The position numbers and the translations under genes are program-made. This document shows positions 61,600 through 64,000 of a DNA stretch of 64,000 nucleotides, piece by piece; the stretch's first letter is position 1, and each line of letters opens with the position of its first letter. The stretch is from assembly GCA_036172245.1 (NCBI GenBank), contig JAYWIR010000024.1, forward strand, positions 2,976,001-3,040,000, in the 5' to 3' direction. The notes beneath the pieces were generated by a model. The model did no database searches, was not told the DNA's origin, and was given only the letters and a program-made list of their open reading frames with translations. The DNA comes from Raillietiella orientalis. Lineage: Eukaryota.

Positions 61600-62591
61600 A
61601 ACACGGGGAAAGGGGGTAGTGGTTTCAAAGCTCAAGCCGAATTACGATGTCTCGGGTTCAAAATAAATCGCAACCAGCAAAACGACCATCAGAAACAAGG
61701 TGTAACTTTGTTTTTGCTTGCAGCTGTCTTCAAGGATCTAAGATTTCAAGATTCGTTTCACGCAGAGTTCTCCTTTAAGCATCACTTCAACTCTTTCTTG
61801 AAGTAGTCATCAAGTCGAGAACAAATCTGTTACAGTGAGGACTTACATTTCACGTCTTCCTCGTGATTAACCCTGCGGGTTCTGATTTGATTCCCACCAA
61901 TTCACTTTATCTTCACAACGTTTACTTTGATCCTGATGTTTTATTCTGTTGATTTAGTTCTTCGGGCATTACTTGAAGAGCTTGATAAAGGCTGCTTGTC
62001 CCTACATGACTAGGAGATAATGGTAACCAGGTATGACTTAGCAACCGGTGGCCTCTTATGCTTGCCACTTCGAAGCGAAATTTTAGAGTGCTGCCGCCCC
62101 CCACCCCACCTAAAGAATGAAGCTTATGATCGAAAGCACTCACGATGGTGTAGTTCTTGATGCAAACTTTTTTCGCATTCCCTTTTTTCTCTATTCTTCC
62201 GATGGCATCAGCTGAAATAGAAATCAATTTCTATTTCATAGATGATAAATTGCTGCAACTCTTTCCTCCGTACGACGAATCGATTCACGATGTCTTTTTA
62301 ATATGATCACGGCAAGGATTCAGGGAGCTGATGCATTTCATTCCACTGCAGCTGAGGATAGTCTGTTCTTCTACTGGAACTGGCTCGACCATGATGTCTG
62401 ATGTTTCCATTAGAAGTTGCGGTGTTCCCTTGCTAGTGAGAGGGATAGCAGCAACATGCATCGTATGCCAGCATCTTTCGTGACAACCGGGCGAGTTCGA
62501 GATCTCGGGACTCTTTCTTTGAATTTTAGAACTGCTTCGCTTTCCACGTGTCTTGCGATGACGCCGTATGCCTGGGAACCTCACATGCCAA

Positions 62592-62604
62592 AGGTCAAAG
62601 GTCA
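62592..62604 (+). promoter_or_regulatory. Perfect DR1 nuclear-receptor response element AGGTCA-A-AGGTCA
   Basis: Exact consensus half-sites with a 1-nt spacer, seen directly; function untested. Confidence 0.45.
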
Positions 62605-64000
62605 CGCAGACACGGAGTTTTTGTTTTGAGTCCACTAAGAAAAACAGACTGGGTTTTCGAGGAAACCCAGAGTTCCCTACATCCGGACTTGCCAAGGCCG
62701 TCTCAAGTGACACCAGAGCCATTTCATGCTCTTCATCACCTGCATCACTTGATGGGCGGGAATGCTGCAGGAAGAGCGACTGGGTTCAAGGCTAGGTAGA
62801 ACGGGAGATGGAAACAGAGGGTGCCATCGAGGTACCTGAAGTGACTTGGTTTCCGATCTTCGTTTCAGATCCAGATTCAAGACAGAGTGGTGCAGACTGT
62901 CATGAATCTGGGCGATGAATAGAGGAGTCAATCTCGTGACCTCCACAAGTCGAAGTGGCACTTAAAGAGTTTGTAAAGATCCTCGCCGTGAGTGGCTTCT
63001 GGACGGAATTTCGAATACCAGGACGCCTGGAGTGTCTTAGCATTCGAAAAGTCCGTCCTGAAGAGCAGAAGTACAGGGAATTGGGGGGGGGGGGGAAGAA
63101 AAACAAGAATTCATCGTGGACCCGTTGCTGATCACCGGATGCAAGGTTTCCAGCCGAACGACCGCCGGAACATGCCGGAACCAAAGCGGGAAGGTGATGG
63201 TGGCGACGGCAGCAGCAAGCAGTGGGAGAAAGAATGATGAAGATGCGATGACAGACTCAACAGCCGAACGGCAACGGCTGCAGCGACCACGGTGATGGAG
63301 AAGTTCAGAACCACAGGAGCACAGTGGCGGGGAAAGCTCGGGTAACTAGCCTTTCTTGGGCCATTCTTCGGAGGCTGGCAGGAAAAAAAGTGCATGCTCA
63401 TGTTCCGCGACGCTGGTGAATGCCACCCTTCCGCTCCCCCTTCTTGGCTTCTCGGGGGAGGTTTCCACCGCACCCTCCCTCCTGTTCTCAGTAAAGGAAG
63501 AAGACTCCTCGCGAGTTCGCTTGGATGGGGAAGTTGAGGAAGCCAGGATGGAGCCAGAGTGGGGGCAACATCCTTCTGCGCTCTCTCGCCGGGCATACAA
63601 ACGGCCTTGGGGAACGGGAGTAGGAGCCTTAGCGGGAGGAAAGCTGCCTAGTTTGCATCCCAGAGAACGGCCCTCCGTGACTCGTCCTTGTTCGTGCCCT
63701 TGCGTATCTCTTGGGGTCCGCGTCCTGCGTGGGGCTCCTCTCAAACCGCTCAACGATGAGATCTGCCTCCACCGAGGACGCCCTCTCAGCTCCAGGAAGG
63801 GGGGAGGGTTCTTGCTTCGTCCGGATGGTACCGCTGTCCCCTCCGCGTCTCTCGACCCGTATTCACTTAATGGATCCTTTTCGCACCAGGTGCCAGGCAC
63901 GACCAGGTGGCTCCCTCGTTCCTCCCTTTCTTTCTCTCTCAAGAGTCCAAGCTCACATGTCGTCTTCAGAGTGGGAAGGGAAGCCTTTCTCACCCTCTCC

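Noticed and set aside
1..64000. Transposons, CRISPR arrays, rRNA or prokaryotic operon-like systems
   Set aside because: No transposase, RT or integrase motifs, terminal repeats, regularly spaced repeats or rRNA signatures seen; gene structure is spliceosomal throughout.

Overview
Eukaryotic nuclear DNA from an invertebrate, probably an arthropod (inferred from arthropod-type big bang and scribbler motifs), with very short introns. Five intron-containing protein genes can be reconstructed by hand: scribbler/brakeless (ZNF608/609 family, +, 20716-23904), the multi-PDZ gene big bang/PDZD2-IL16 family (-, ~30057-34558, 5' end unresolved), a membrane-tethered CREB3-family bZIP (-, 44046-45490), NOL6/Utp22 (+, 46461-50228) and a divergent insulin-like peptide receptor tyrosine kinase (-, 50280-54793, first exon unresolved). 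There is also a tRNA-Gly(TCC) at 27081-27152 and a weak candidate small multi-pass membrane gene near 60.7-61.3 kb. About 20 kb upstream of scribbler and 9 kb upstream of big bang have no recognisable genes and are rich in microsatellites and homopolymers. Most notable: (1) the insulin receptor has an intact kinase but NTEY in place of NPxY, no tetrabasic furin site and altered L1 ligand-contact residues, with a candidate FOXO/TATA promoter; (2) introns of 37-58 nt, some with no polypyrimidine tract, plus a well-supported GC-AG intron; (3) a clear switch from CpG-rich to CpG-poor sequence, suggesting mosaic gene-body methylation; (4) NOL6 and InR are tightly convergent, with likely overlapping 3' ends. 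I found no transposon, CRISPR or prokaryotic system, and no wholly new biological system that I can support. All gene models are manual and lack RNA evidence.
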